Counted from the stretch's first letter, positions 28,743 through 39,634 are shown. The stretch is 64,000 nt of DNA from an uncultured Acidobacteriota bacterium (GCA_963702425.1 CAVPCQ010000032.1:64001-128000); one strand, 5' to 3'. The notes: generated from the sequence alone by a model not told the origin. Translations and numbers: made by a program.

Positions 28743-31019
28743 ATGAGGAGCGCCACAGTTTCCACGAGGCCGGCACCGAATTACGCCGCGCAGTTCGAGC
28801 ATGCTCCCGGCCGCCCACCGCCGATCGTCGACGAAGTGCTGCGTTCCTCCGGTGCGTCACTCGACACCCCAACGCGTGCGTACATGGAGCCGCGGTTCGG
28901 GCACGACTTCAGCCGAGTGCGTGTGCACAGTGGCGAAAATGCGGCCGCGTCCGCGTTCGCGCTCGGCGCAGAGGCTTACGCCGTCGGGCGCGATATTGTC
29001 TTCGCCGCGGATGCGTTCGCTCCAGAGACCAGCCACGGACGCGAGGTGCTCGCGCACGAACTAGCGCACACGATTCAGCAGCAAGGCGCCTCCGGCGGCC
29101 CCCCGGTTTCCGTCGGCTCCGGCGGCGGCGGGAAACTTGAGGCCAGTGCCAAAGACGCGGCGCGCACGGCTGCGAACGGCGGAGTCTTGTTGCGTGACCT
29201 GCCCGCCTGCGGCATGCGAATCCAACGTTCACCGGCCCCTGACGAACGTTGGAAGAATGATGTCGGGGCGGCCCGCTACCGCGGGCGATTGGTGGCCCGC
29301 CGAATCCGCAAGCACGGCCTGCTCTCCAAGGAGGCACGCGAAAAAATAAATCAGGAGTTGGCCTACTTCGAAGGTGCGGCCAAACAGACGTATCTGGATG
29401 AAGTGAAGCCAGTCCTGGTGAGAACGGTGGAGACCGAGATGCCGGCCACTTCGGCGAGGCGGGTTCCGAAGGTGCCGGAGATCAGGCTCGATGGTCTTGC
29501 GCCCGACCCCCGGCAGATCTCCGATGAAGAGTTGAAGCGCCCGCAGCGCGAACTCGAACAACGCGAGGGCGCTGAGGAAACAGCGGAGCGAACCGCCGAG
29601 ATTGCAAAGCTAGAGGCCAAGACCGCCGATTGGCCGCGCGAGTACCGCGATTTCGCGGTGGATCTCCTTACGTCCGTGCTCATCCAGGCGAAGAGGACCA
29701 ATATTGACCCGCGTGCGATCTCGGACCGCATTCGTCCGCAGATTCTGCAGAAGTTCCGGCTTTGGCTGGAGAATCAGGACGAGTTGATGAAGGAGGTTTG
29801 CGAACACATGCCGGACGGTGTGACCGGCGCTATTCGCAAGTCGCAGGCAAGGTTCCAACCAGCACTAGATCCCTGTCGGCGGTGGTTTGCTGACGAATAC
29901 AGCCACGGGCCTTCCGAACTGCACGAGCTAGAGAGCCGCCTCCGGCTGAACCGCCTCGATTCGGGTGGGGAAACACCGGCCGAGTATGTCTACTACGACG
30001 TCTTTGAGCTGCTCAAGAAGGTTGATCCACGTCTCCTTCAAGAAGCTGAAGACGCCGCTTCGATGGTCAGCGGCTTGGCCGCGACTGGTGGCGCGAGGGC
30101 GCGAGCAGGTGCAGCCGAGAATCTCGGCGCCACTCAGAGCGGCCGCGCCGGGAGTGCTCTTGCCGAATCCAGATCTCCGACGGTCGAAGCCGGTCCGTCG
30201 CCGAGGCCGGAGCCGGCCCCGCAAGGCGCAAGCGGGGCCCCGTCGGCCACCATCAAGTCTTCTCCGCCGCCGCCGCCGCGGCAGGTGCAGCGGCCCGGCG
30301 CGCCCACACCGGTAACCGACGTCGAGCTCGTCAAGGCCAACATCAGCTCGCCGGACTCGATCAAAGTGAAATCGCCGACGGATCATCAGGTGGAGTGGAA
30401 TGCGCGGGGCGGGCCCGAAACTGCACCACCGGCGTATCGCGACGGCCAGGGGAACGTACATGTCAGCGCCGACCATCCCCTCATGGCGAGTGCAAGCCGA
30501 GGAGGTATTCCACCCGTTTCGTCAGGCGCTCGAAGCCCTGCCGGGCCAACGCCTTCGCGGCCGTCGCCCGACACGCCGCGGGTTGTAGCGATTCCGCGCG
30601 GCGAGGTCGGGACCGCGGACACCGGCCAGGCCCCCGCGCCTGCGCCACCGGCAGTCGATCCGATGGCGGGAACACCCGCTGCTCCGGTACCCGCGCAAGC
30701 GCCGCCCGCTGCGCAAAATGTGGCGCCCGGCGCCCAGACCGGTGCCGCAGGTGCTGCGTCGAGACAGCCGCAGGCGCCGCGTCGTGGCTTTGATCCACCG
30801 CAGCCGGTCAGCCCCGAAGCGGTCGAGAAGATGCGGAGCCGACCGCCTCAGGCCGCCGACCCGCGACGCAAGGGTCGTGGCAGCAACGTTAATTACTCCA
30901 CCAATCACAAAGCCCACGAACTCGCGTGGCGACGGCTCGGCGGCCAAGGCGATTCGTCGCCGCCGGGATTCATCTACGACAACCAGGTGTACCTCGACCC
31001 GTCCCGCTGGTCCCGTTGA
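28743..31019 (+). CDS. DUF4157 (eCIS core domain) protein with Pro-rich linkers and a duplicated C-terminal module
   Basis: MEPRFGHDFSRVRVH, AYAVGRDIVF, AHELAHTIQQ, IQR linker. Confidence 0.8.
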   Translation: MRSATVSTRPAPNYAAQFEHAPGRPPPIVDEVLRSSGASLDTPTRAYMEPRFGHDFSRVRVHSGENAAASAFALGAEAYAVGRDIVFAADAFAPETSHGREVLAHELAHTIQQQGASGGPPVSVGSGGGGKLEASAKDAARTAANGGVLLRDLPACGMRIQRSPAPDERWKNDVGAARYRGRLVARRIRKHGLLSKEAREKINQELAYFEGAAKQTYLDEVKPVLVRTVETEMPATSARRVPKVPEIRLDGLAPDPRQISDEELKRPQRELEQREGAEETAERTAEIAKLEAKTADWPREYRDFAVDLLTSVLIQAKRTNIDPRAISDRIRPQILQKFRLWLENQDELMKEVCEHMPDGVTGAIRKSQARFQPALDPCRRWFADEYSHGPSELHELESRLRLNRLDSGGETPAEYVYYDVFELLKKVDPRLLQEAEDAASMVSGLAATGGARARAGAAENLGATQSGRAGSALAESRSPTVEAGPSPRPEPAPQGASGAPSATIKSSPPPPPRQVQRPGAPTPVTDVELVKANISSPDSIKVKSPTDHQVEWNARGGPETAPPAYRDGQGNVHVSADHPLMASASRGGIPPVSSGARSPAGPTPSRPSPDTPRVVAIPRGEVGTADTGQAPAPAPPAVDPMAGTPAAPVPAQAPPAAQNVAPGAQTGAAGAASRQPQAPRRGFDPPQPVSPEAVEKMRSRPPQAADPRRKGRGSNVNYSTNHKAHELAWRRLGGQGDSSPPGFIYDNQVYLDPSRWSR

Positions 31020-31226
31020 CCTGTCAGCCAGTAGGCACTGCGGTCCTACTTGAGCCGTATCCCCTCGTCCAGGGCGCGCAGGATCGCACCTTTGGTGGTC
31101 GAATCGAGCATCGCGGAGTCCATGGCCGACTCCACCGCTGTCCTTCGCCACGATCCCATCCGCCTGATTCCCAGCCGCCTTGTCAGTGTCGGGTTTCGCG
31201 CGCCGCACGGCCCCGCGCGCAGTCGA

Positions 31227-31940
31227 TCAATAGCCCGTGCAGTACTGGAAGTGCATCGGGTCCTTGTTGCTCCCGGGCCAGTCGCCGCCCCACTTGAAGC
31301 CGTGCTCGCGGAGGATCTGGACGAGGCGAGGATCCATGTCGCCGGCCGTCCCCATCGCGTTCGTGTTGGGATTCAGGTCGAGCGCAATACCCCAGCTGTG
31401 AGTCGACGGCCGGCTGCCCATGCGCTTCGGGCGATAGTTGTAGCAGCCGCCGTAGGTGCGTACTGCGCTGCGCAGGCCCGCGCGGTCGACCGCCTGGAAG
31501 ACCTGCACCATGATCGGCGCCAGGAGCTTGTGGCAACGGATCTTCGTGGCGAGCGGCGCGGGATTGCCCCACGCGAGCCGCATCGGGAAGGGCAATCCGA
31601 CGGAGACCATGTTCGTGCTCTCCCAGCGCGGATCGATCGTGCCGTCGGGCCGGATGAAGCGCCCGATCTCACCGAACGTCGCGAGGATCGCCTCGAGCCC
31701 GTGCGGGGGCAACACGCCCAGCGCGGGTTCCGCGACGCCCTCGACGCCTCGTGCCGCGAGTCGCGGCGGCGCCATCTCGCGCCGGCTCGGCAGCTCGATG
31801 ATCGTGCCGACGGCGGGCTTGCCCCCGCGCAGGTAACCGTTGTAGCCCGCCAAGGCTTTCCCGAGCGCCTCGTCACCGTACTGTGCCTTCGCGACCCGCT
31901 TGAACGTGTCCTTCGAGCGAAACGCATAAGTCTTGGCCAT
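31227..31940 (-). CDS. M15 family zinc peptidase with LysM-like N-terminus
   Basis: GGCYNYR, STHSWGIALDLN, WGGDW...DPMHFQ. Confidence 0.88.
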   Translation of the reverse strand: MAKTYAFRSKDTFKRVAKAQYGDEALGKALAGYNGYLRGGKPAVGTIIELPSRREMAPPRLAARGVEGVAEPALGVLPPHGLEAILATFGEIGRFIRPDGTIDPRWESTNMVSVGLPFPMRLAWGNPAPLATKIRCHKLLAPIMVQVFQAVDRAGLRSAVRTYGGCYNYRPKRMGSRPSTHSWGIALDLNPNTNAMGTAGDMDPRLVQILREHGFKWGGDWPGSNKDPMHFQYCTGY

Positions 31941-32062
31941 GCCTGTCTCCTTCAGTCTGTAGAACGGTCCGCACGGGACGAGACCCGGCACCCGCGTCAG
32001 TTCGGGACTCGGGCCGTTCGCCGGGTTGGCCGGGAGCTCCGCCGGTTCGCCTCGGGGTGGCT

Positions 32063-33145
32063 TCAGGCGAACGCGATCTTGGCCTTCTTGATCAGCGGGT
32101 CCTGGCGCAGCTTCGACAGGATCACCGCGTAGTTCGCCTGCCGGTAGCGACCCGCGAAGTGGAGTCCCACGACTCTCTGCGTCTCGAGGTCGATGACGCA
32201 AGAGCCCGAGTTGCCGCCGAGGGTCGAGCAGTCGTGCTCGAACTCCTTCCGCGCGGCGGCGACCTTGGCGATCTCCCCCGGTTGCAGCCGCTTCACGTTG
32301 TAGATGTCGCGGAAGATCTCGCTCATCGGCGTCGGCTCGTTGCGTCGCCCATCCCACGCCGGGTACCCCACCACGTAGACGCGGCCGCGCGCACGAAGCT
32401 TGGGATTCTCCGCGAGCAGCAGCGGTTCCGGGGCGCGGGCACCTTGGGGGGTTTTCCGGGAGGCCTTCAGGAGGGCCAGGTCGTACGTGTCGTGGATTCC
32501 GATGACTGCGGTGAGTGCGAACTCGGCCGGCTTCTTGGCGCCCAACTCCTCCACATAGTCGATCCGGGCCTTCATGCCGGCCTCGAACGCCCAGCCCGCC
32601 CCTTTCTTCCGACTGAATTCCTTGGCCACGTGGCGATTCGTCATCACGACACCGTCCGCGACCAGGAAGCCTGTGCCGATCCAGTCGAGCGAGGGGTGAC
32701 CGGTGACTTCGATGCGGCCGACGCTGCCGAGCGTCGCCTCGATCCCCTCGCGGTGGGCGTTCAGCACCGTCCACTCCTCCGGCGGGTCCTCGAAGCGTCC
32801 GTTCGTGACGAGAAGGGCGGGGCGACCTTCGAGCAGCACGATGGCCTCGAGCGCCGTCTCTTCGGTTGGGCTGAGGCGAGCGTTGGCCCCGTCCTTGCGC
32901 ACTTTCTCGATCGCCTTTCGACCCTCGCTCGCCAGAATCTCGGCGCGTGCTCCCGGGCCGGCGAGGCGACGCTCGGGACTTGCTTCCGACGCGGCGGCCA
33001 CGCTCTCGAGCATCGGAGCGGGGCTGGGCCGGGTCGCCGTGAGGCGTCGCTCCAACGTTGCGGGATCAACGAGCCGTTCGTAGACGGCAGCCAGGTTCGA
33101 GACCTGGCGCATGGCCCGTGCTGCAACCGACTCCATCTTCGCCAT
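32063..33145 (-). CDS. trypsin-like (V8/Trypsin_2) serine protease
   Basis: GTGFLV, TNRHVA, DLALL, HDCSTLGGNSGS; no signal peptide. Confidence 0.9.
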   Translation of the reverse strand: MAKMESVAARAMRQVSNLAAVYERLVDPATLERRLTATRPSPAPMLESVAAASEASPERRLAGPGARAEILASEGRKAIEKVRKDGANARLSPTEETALEAIVLLEGRPALLVTNGRFEDPPEEWTVLNAHREGIEATLGSVGRIEVTGHPSLDWIGTGFLVADGVVMTNRHVAKEFSRKKGAGWAFEAGMKARIDYVEELGAKKPAEFALTAVIGIHDTYDLALLKASRKTPQGARAPEPLLLAENPKLRARGRVYVVGYPAWDGRRNEPTPMSEIFRDIYNVKRLQPGEIAKVAAARKEFEHDCSTLGGNSGSCVIDLETQRVVGLHFAGRYRQANYAVILSKLRQDPLIKKAKIAFA

Positions 33146-33312
33146 CGCTTTCTCCTGTCTTTCGCCACAGGCCCGTCCGCCCGACTCCTCAACGGCCTGC
33201 GCGCAACGCCACTCTACCGCCGAACGGTCGACGGGAGCGTCCCGACGGCCGCCGAGGCTCCCGCCCTGGTCCGGGGATGAGCCTCCGCCGAGGCCTTCCG
33301 GCGCTGACGGAA

Positions 33313-34503
33313 CTACGGATCCCGCGCGCACCGGAACCCGATGTCCTCGCTCCGGAGATCCGGCATTCCGTGGAATCGTTTCGTAGCGACGAGTCGTTCG
33401 CCAGGGTCGAAGCGCCCGCCGCCGCGTATCACCCGACCGGTTCCGGTTTCCGGCCCCTTCGGATTGCGCACGTCGCCCACGGGGAAGCTGTCCGAGTACC
33501 AGTCGGAGACCCATTCGGACGCATTGCCGGCAAGATCGTGGACGCCGAACGGACTGAGACCGGCAGCGTGCGCACCCACCTTGGCGAGACCGCCGTCGTA
33601 GGCTTCGGGCGACGCGTTCTGGTAGTTCGCATGATCGAGCGTCGGCGACGCGTCGCCCCAGGGATAGCGACGGGCGTCGGTGCCGCGCGCTGCCTTCTCC
33701 CACTCTGCATCGGTCGGCAGGCGTCGGCCGGCCCACTTGCAGTAGGCCGTCGCGTCGTTCCAGTCGACACCGATCACGGGAAGCTCGTCACCGCGACTGA
33801 GATCGAGCGCTTCCCAACCGTCCGGCGGGTGTGAAGACCCGGTGGCGGCGAGGAACCTCCCATAGCGGCCGGTGGTGACTTCGTACCGATCGATGTAGAA
33901 CGCATCGAGGTAGACCTCGCGGCGCGGGGACTCCTCATCGTCCCCCATCGTGAAGTTCCCCGCCGGAACGAGCACGGCGGGAGCGCCGTCCGTGCCGGTG
34001 ATCTCCGAGGCCGGAGCTCCGGGCAAACGCACAAACCAGACGACTGCCGTAATCAGCGCGGCCACCGCGATGCCCCCGGCGACCTTCCATTGGGTCGCGC
34101 GGCGCCGGCGGCGCGCGATGCGATGCACCGCATCGGCCACGGCGGCGGGGATGTTCCCCGGCGAGTCGAGCACCGTCACGGACTTCAGGAACGGCGGCAG
34201 CCGGTCGACCGCCGTGGGCCGCAACAGCACCGGCAGCAACCGCCCGGACGCCTGCTTGAGGTTCTTCTCGGCGACGTCGAGTTCGTTCAGCGTGTAGCTG
34301 CCCGGATCGATCGCATCCTCGCTCACGAGGAACACGAACAGGCCCGCCTCCTCGATCGCGCGCCGGATGCGGATGTGGAATTCCTCGCCGGGCGGCAGAT
34401 CCTCGCGGTCGAAGAACACATCGTGTCCCTGTTCGAGCAGCGCCCGGTTGATCGACTCCGCGAGCGGGCGGTCCTGGGAGGCGTAGCTCAGGAAGATCTT
34501 CAT
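33313..34503 (-). CDS. TIR domain + TM + FGE-sulfatase (SUMF1) domain protein
   Basis: KIFLSYASQDR, SYTLNEL; TM helix; RLPTDAEWEKAARG, DLAGNASEWV, GFRC. Confidence 0.9.
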   Translation of the reverse strand: MKIFLSYASQDRPLAESINRALLEQGHDVFFDREDLPPGEEFHIRIRRAIEEAGLFVFLVSEDAIDPGSYTLNELDVAEKNLKQASGRLLPVLLRPTAVDRLPPFLKSVTVLDSPGNIPAAVADAVHRIARRRRRATQWKVAGGIAVAALITAVVWFVRLPGAPASEITGTDGAPAVLVPAGNFTMGDDEESPRREVYLDAFYIDRYEVTTGRYGRFLAATGSSHPPDGWEALDLSRGDELPVIGVDWNDATAYCKWAGRRLPTDAEWEKAARGTDARRYPWGDASPTLDHANYQNASPEAYDGGLAKVGAHAAGLSPFGVHDLAGNASEWVSDWYSDSFPVGDVRNPKGPETGTGRVIRGGGRFDPGERLVATKRFHGMPDLRSEDIGFRCARDP

Positions 34504-34628
34504 GTCGACACGTTCTCGCCCGTCATGGACTGGGTGCAGCGGGACGTTCCGCCCGCCACGCGCGCAGGGTCCAGGCAGGACTCGCGAAGTCCTTCACCGA
34601 ACTCGCCGATGCCACCAGCACCGGACCG

Positions 34629-35726
34629 TCAGCGCAGTCGCGGGGATCCATTCAGCTCCAGCCAGCTCCGGATGTCGGTCGCGTCCGGGTTTTCCATGAC
34701 CTGCTCCCAATCCGCGTCGAGCTCGCGACGTGCCTGCCGGAGCGCCTCGACCACCGCGGCGCGCGTCGCGGCATCGGCTGGCTGTCGCGCGGCATACTGC
34801 GCGTCCAGGCTGATCAGGCAGAGCGCCCGGCTGTACTGGTAGAATCGCCCTTCCTCTACGCGATCCCCTCGCAGCATCACAGCGTGGGTGAGGCTCTGCA
34901 GGGCACCCTGCCAGTCCGGCGTCAGCTGGTCCTTCAGGGCGTATCCGAGGTTCCCGTGTGGCGCATGCCACTTGGGATCGGCGCGAACCAGCGCCTGGAA
35001 CACGGGGATCGTGCGCTCCATCTGGTGCTTGTCCGTGAACCAGTTCTCGCGGCGCACGTCCTGGGCCATGTTGAAGATCGCGGTCCGCACTTGGCGGCTG
35101 GCCCGGAGCACGGCGGCGGAGAGGCGCCTCGCGTCCGGCTTGTCCCCGCCCGTGTCCCCGAACAGCTGGCGGTAGCAAAGCAGCAACGCGATTTCTCCGA
35201 TCTTCGACTGCGGGGTGGTGTCGGTGATCTCGGTCGACGCGGTGCCATCCCCGCCGTAGAGCAGCTCGAGCTGGCGACTGAACTGCCACTGCAGATCCTC
35301 GGTGTTGCGGTAGTACGTGGGGTAGTGCTCGAGCGCCTGGAGCCTGGTCTTGAAGTCCAGGAGGCTCTTGACGTTCTCGTCGAGATCGCCCGTGAGGACG
35401 AAGTCGTTGCGGAAGTAGGTGTAGATCTGCGGCCCGGTGCCGGCCTTGAGGTCGGCGAAAGCGGTCTCGAACTCCTCCAGGGTGTAGCGCCCGACCTTGG
35501 TGAAGAAGAGCATCACGAAGATGTCGCACTCCTGGACGGCCTTGTCGTACTCCTTCTGCAAGCCTTCCTTCGACATCGCGTCGACGAAGTTCTCCCAGAC
35601 CACGAGCTCGAAGGTGATGTCCCGCGGTCGCCATTGGGGGTTGAGGCGCGCGAGCATGAGTTCGAACGAGCGCCGGTCGTCCTTCAGTTCTTCGGACGAC
35701 GCGAGGAAGATTTTCTTCACCTGCAT
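34629..35726 (-). CDS. DUF4062/TIR-like N-terminal domain + helical (TPR-like) C-terminus
   Basis: KIFLASSEELKDDR, QECDIFVMLFFTKVGRYTLEEF. Confidence 0.7.
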   Translation of the reverse strand: MQVKKIFLASSEELKDDRRSFELMLARLNPQWRPRDITFELVVWENFVDAMSKEGLQKEYDKAVQECDIFVMLFFTKVGRYTLEEFETAFADLKAGTGPQIYTYFRNDFVLTGDLDENVKSLLDFKTRLQALEHYPTYYRNTEDLQWQFSRQLELLYGGDGTASTEITDTTPQSKIGEIALLLCYRQLFGDTGGDKPDARRLSAAVLRASRQVRTAIFNMAQDVRRENWFTDKHQMERTIPVFQALVRADPKWHAPHGNLGYALKDQLTPDWQGALQSLTHAVMLRGDRVEEGRFYQYSRALCLISLDAQYAARQPADAATRAAVVEALRQARRELDADWEQVMENPDATDIRSWLELNGSPRLR

Positions 35727-35919
35727 GGCGCCTCGACCTGGCTCGTGGGGAGGAGAGGTCCTTTCAGCCCGCGTTCCAAAGCGGGACGAGGGTAGCACCG
35801 GCAGGTTCGGAGCGGAGCCCCGCCGGCGTCGTCGGGTCCTGGCACAGTGGGCCTCCCGGTCCTGGCCGCCTGTGACTCGGCATATCTCCGTCCGCGTTGC
35901 CGCTCAGAAAATCACATTC

Positions 35920-36075
35920 CGACGAGCTACTGCGCCGAGTTTTCGCTCTGGACGCCCTCCGCTGCCCGCGCTGCTCGTCCCGCATGGAGGTCCTGGCCCG
36001 GCTCCACCCGCCCGATACGGCCCGCGCGATCCTCGACTGCCTCGGGCTCGCCGCCCGTGCCCCGCCCCGCTACAG
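35920..36075 (+). mobile_element. IS91-like transposase C-terminal remnant
   Basis: ELLRRVFALDALRCPRCSSRMEVLARLHPPDTARAILDCLGL..RAPP; related copy at about 39635-39745. Confidence 0.6.
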
Positions 36076-37341
36076 TCCCGCCGTCCCCGGGTTGAGCCGC
36101 GCGCGATCCATGAGCTCCACCAGGTAGCTGCGCGCCAGCCGCGCGTTCAGCGCCGCCTTGTCCATCACGTCCACCCGGTCCGCCGGCTCCGATGCCAGGG
36201 GCCCCGGTAAGCGCCGAACCACCGGGATGTAGTCCCCCGGGTAGTCGAGCAGGCGCAGGATGTCGACCACCGAGGCGCGCTGCAGGTCGGCGATGCGGAG
36301 TGGCTGCCGCAGCATGGCTTCGCCGAACCATCGCCGCAGCAGGTCCGCCGTGACGTCCACCTTGGCCTGCATCTCGCTCTGCGGGAACGGCATCCCGAAG
36401 GCCCCCTGCCAGAGCTGCAGGATGTCCTGGATCTCCGGGTCGAGCAGGGTGAACGCGAGCGGGCGCTGGCGCAGCTGCGCCTCGAACGCCGCGAGGGCAG
36501 GGACCATCGGCCGGATGGTCGACAGGATGGTCCCGGTGGACACCTGGCCGACGAAGCGCTCACTGCGCGGCCCCGGCGCGGCCCCGCGGGAGTCCACGAT
36601 GAGGATGCGGCGAACGCCCGTGAATCGCTCGGCGAGCGCCGCGATCAGGAAGAGCCGCGTTGACCACCAGGTCGTCGCGAGGTCGATCTTGAGGGCACGC
36701 TGCGTGTCCCCGGCCTCGGTGATGGCCCGCTGGATGCCAAACGAGGCACTGCTGTCGCCGGCCACGCCGGTCGCCGCGTCGAGCGTCGTGGCGGGCTGCA
36801 GGTCCAGCTGGTTGGTGAGCCCCGTCATCGTGATCGCCGCACTCACGCGCGCCTCGAGGTCCGACGGCGTCGTAAACCATGCCACCACGCGCTCCTGTTG
36901 CAGCGCGGTCCGGAGCGTGCGGATCCTCGTCGTATCCGGCTCGCTGCCCACCAGCCCCCGGTCGAACCCGTCAACCAGGCGCGGCGACCAGGGATAGCCC
37001 TCCTCCAGGAGGAAGGCGAGGATCGGGAGCTTCCGGTCCTTCGCCTTGAGGTACTCGTAGTGCGTGATCGAGGTACCGCCCGCTACGGCGCCCGGCACGG
37101 CAGGTGCCGGAGACACGCCCGGGGCCGCGGCCGGCGGCACGTAGCCGTAGCGCCAGGCGAAGATCCCGACGTATGCCTCCGCGCGATCCACCATTTCCAG
37201 CACCTTGGAGAGCGGGGCGGTGGCGCCGGCGGTCATGTCCTCCATGGCGAGGACCTCGTGGCCGAGCTGCCGCAGGATGCGGATGGCGGCGGCGCGGTGC
37301 TCCTGCAGGTCGACAAACGACGATGAGACGAAGACGCGCAT
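36070..37341 (-). CDS. DUF4062 domain protein
   Basis: MRVFVSSSFVDLQEHR, YVGIFAWRYGYVP, SITHYEY. Confidence 0.85.
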   Translation of the reverse strand: MRVFVSSSFVDLQEHRAAAIRILRQLGHEVLAMEDMTAGATAPLSKVLEMVDRAEAYVGIFAWRYGYVPPAAAPGVSPAPAVPGAVAGGTSITHYEYLKAKDRKLPILAFLLEEGYPWSPRLVDGFDRGLVGSEPDTTRIRTLRTALQQERVVAWFTTPSDLEARVSAAITMTGLTNQLDLQPATTLDAATGVAGDSSASFGIQRAITEAGDTQRALKIDLATTWWSTRLFLIAALAERFTGVRRILIVDSRGAAPGPRSERFVGQVSTGTILSTIRPMVPALAAFEAQLRQRPLAFTLLDPEIQDILQLWQGAFGMPFPQSEMQAKVDVTADLLRRWFGEAMLRQPLRIADLQRASVVDILRLLDYPGDYIPVVRRLPGPLASEPADRVDVMDKAALNARLARSYLVELMDRARLNPGTAGL

Positions 37342-37564
37342 GGTCGATTCCTCGCGAGGGGCTGCCTCGAAGCTAGCACGGGTGGGGGCGAGCGGACACT
37401 GGATGATCCCCGCGCCCGTTCTTGACGGCCTCAAACGAATGCGCGCGACGCCTGAAAGCTATCCGACCCTCCCGGCATCTCCTGATGTGCCTCACCAGGC
37501 TCGGCAGCGCTGGCCTCGGCGCATGTTCGCTTGCCCAACCGCGTTCCGGGAGTCCTGACGCGGC

Positions 37565-38360
37565 CTACATCGCCACCTTGAGCCTCGACAAGTCCGCCCG
37601 CGAGATGAACCCCGCGGCCGCACCGAACCAGATCATCCGCGTCTGCCGGTCGTAGACCATGTGCCGCACCGTGTTCCGGTCGCCGGGAATCTCCGTCACG
37701 TTGAAGAACGCCTGCGTCTTCGGGTCGAACCCCACCAGGCGGTTCGGGCGCGCCGGGTTCGCCTCGGCGACCCACACCCGGTCGCGCTCGTCGATCGTCA
37801 TCCCGTACGGCAGCGAGTTCGCCCCGCCGGGGAGCGCCCACTCGTCCACCTTCCCCGTGGCGGGGTCCGGCCGGCCGAGATAGCCGCGCGTGTAGTCGGT
37901 GTAGCAGAGCTTGTCGTCAGAGGAGATCGCGATGCGGCGGTCGCACGTGCGCTCGTTCCCTAACGGGTACGTCGTGAGCTTGAGCCTCGCGGGGTCGAGG
38001 GTCCCGATGGTATTCGTGCCGAAGAGGTCGAACCACGGGTGCCCCTTCGAGTCCATCGCGATGCCATAGCGGCGCGAGCCGGGCTGCGGCATCTTCACGG
38101 GACGGAACTGCTTCGTCGTGACGTCGAGGTGCCCCGCCACGTTCTAGTTCTGGGCGGTGAACCAGATGTTCCCCTGCTTGTCCCACACCATGGTATCCGG
38201 GTCGCGCACGCCATCGGGGATCTCGAAGCGCGTGACCTCGCCCGTGCGGGGATCCAGCCGGCCGGTGGTGCCGTTGGTGTTTCCCGGGTACGACACCATT
38301 CCCTTCGCGTCCACGACGTAGCTGTGGGGATGGGCGTTCTCGTCGCTGCCCTTCCCGCTT
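37565..38360 (-). pseudogene. virginiamycin B lyase (Vgb)-like beta-propeller, 5'-truncated with in-frame TAG at 38144-38146
   Basis: Repeats HPHSYVVDAKG, DKQGNIWFT, YGIAMDSKGHPWF, PYGMTIDERDRVW; two in-frame ORFs separated by one amber codon. Confidence 0.75.
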
Positions 38361-38428
38361 GAAGGTCCTGACGCTGTCCCCACAAATGGCGAATTCGAGT
38401 TCGAGGCCTCCCTGCCGCGGCCGCCGGC

Positions 38429-38659
38429 GTGTGGGCGCGCCGCTTTGGGGTCTCGGAGCGCCAGTCGCGCCGCTACGCCGAGCAGGCGCGCGACGGGGGC
38501 ACGCAGGCCGTCCCGCCGCCGAAGGTCGTCTTCACGGTCAAGCTGCCCGCCGACGCCGTGCGACGGGTCCGGCAGCGGGCGAGAAGTCGGCGGCAAGCGC
38601 TCAGCGCTCTCGTCGAGCAGGTTCTCGCGGACTTCTTGTCCGCGGATCCGGCTGGATGA
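38429..38659 (+). CDS. small HTH/ribbon-helix-helix-like protein upstream of the recombinase (probably 5'-truncated)
   Basis: ARRFGVSERQSRRY...VVFTVKLP...LSALVEQVLADFL. Confidence 0.5.
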   Translation: MWARRFGVSERQSRRYAEQARDGGTQAVPPPKVVFTVKLPADAVRRVRQRARSRRQALSALVEQVLADFLSADPAG

Positions 38660-38784
38660 CGTGGCGGCGGCTCGACGCGTCGCGATCGAGTACGTCTTCG
38701 ACCGGCTGGGCCGGCTGCGCCTCGCCGAGACTGACGAGCTTCTCGTTCCCGAGCGTCGCCGGAGGACCGACGGAGGACAGGATC

Positions 38785-39610
38785 ATGCCGTGTGCAGCGC
38801 TCTACGCACGAGTCTCGACGCTGGGTCAGAAGGAGGAGGAGACGATCGCCAGCCAGACCGCGGAGCTGAAGGAGCAGGCGCGGTCGGCGGGCCTGATCGT
38901 ACCGCCCGAGTGGGTGTTTGAAGACGCGGAGTGCTCGGGTTCCACGCTGATCCGGCCGGCGCTCGAACGGCTTCGCGATCTGGTCGTCCAGGAGCGCGTC
39001 GACGTGATTCTCTGTCACGCGCCGGACCGGCTGGCTCGGCGCTGCGCCTGCCAGGTGCTGCTGATGGAGGAGTTCGCGCGCACCGGGACCGAGGTCCGGT
39101 TCATCAAGGCGCCGCCGACCGCTACATCCGCAAGGGACCGGACAGCCCGGCGCGCTACGAGATCGTCGAACACGACGCACGGATCGTGCGGGAGTTGTTC
39201 CGGCGGTACGCGGAGGGACGGACCTCGCCGCGCGCATTGGGGCGGTGGCTGACCGAGCGTGCGATCCCGACGGGAGCGGGCAGGGCGTTCTGGGACCAAT
39301 CGACGGTGGCTCAGATCCTGCGCAATCCCGCCTGCCGCGGGTGTGTGGCCTTCGGCCGGAGGGCGCCGGTGGACGACCCGCCGCGGGTCACGCCTTCGCG
39401 CCGTCTGGCCGGTGCAAAGGCCGCGCGGCGCTTCGACGACATCCGGCGCTTCTCGGCTCGCCGCACGAAGGAGCCGTGCGAGGCGGCCGCCGGCACGTTG
39501 GTCCTCGAACGCCAGCGCGTCGTCCGACTCGTCGTCCGGGACGTCCTCGTGGACACCGACACCGTGGTCATTCGGCACACGATCCCCGGACTGGACTCGG
39601 GCGGACGACC
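38785..39610 (+). pseudogene. large serine recombinase remnant
   Basis: ALYARVST, SGSTLIRPALERL, DRLAR; frameshift/deletion near 39120; then recombinase-domain WDQSTVAQILRNP. Confidence 0.8.
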
Positions 39611-39634
39611 CGTTTGCCGCTCGTGGGGACCCCG

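Noticed and set aside
38144-38146. In-frame TAG in the Vgb-like gene as pyrrolysine or programmed readthrough
   Set aside because: The gene is also 5'-truncated and no pyl genes are present; a nonsense mutation in a pseudogene is simpler.
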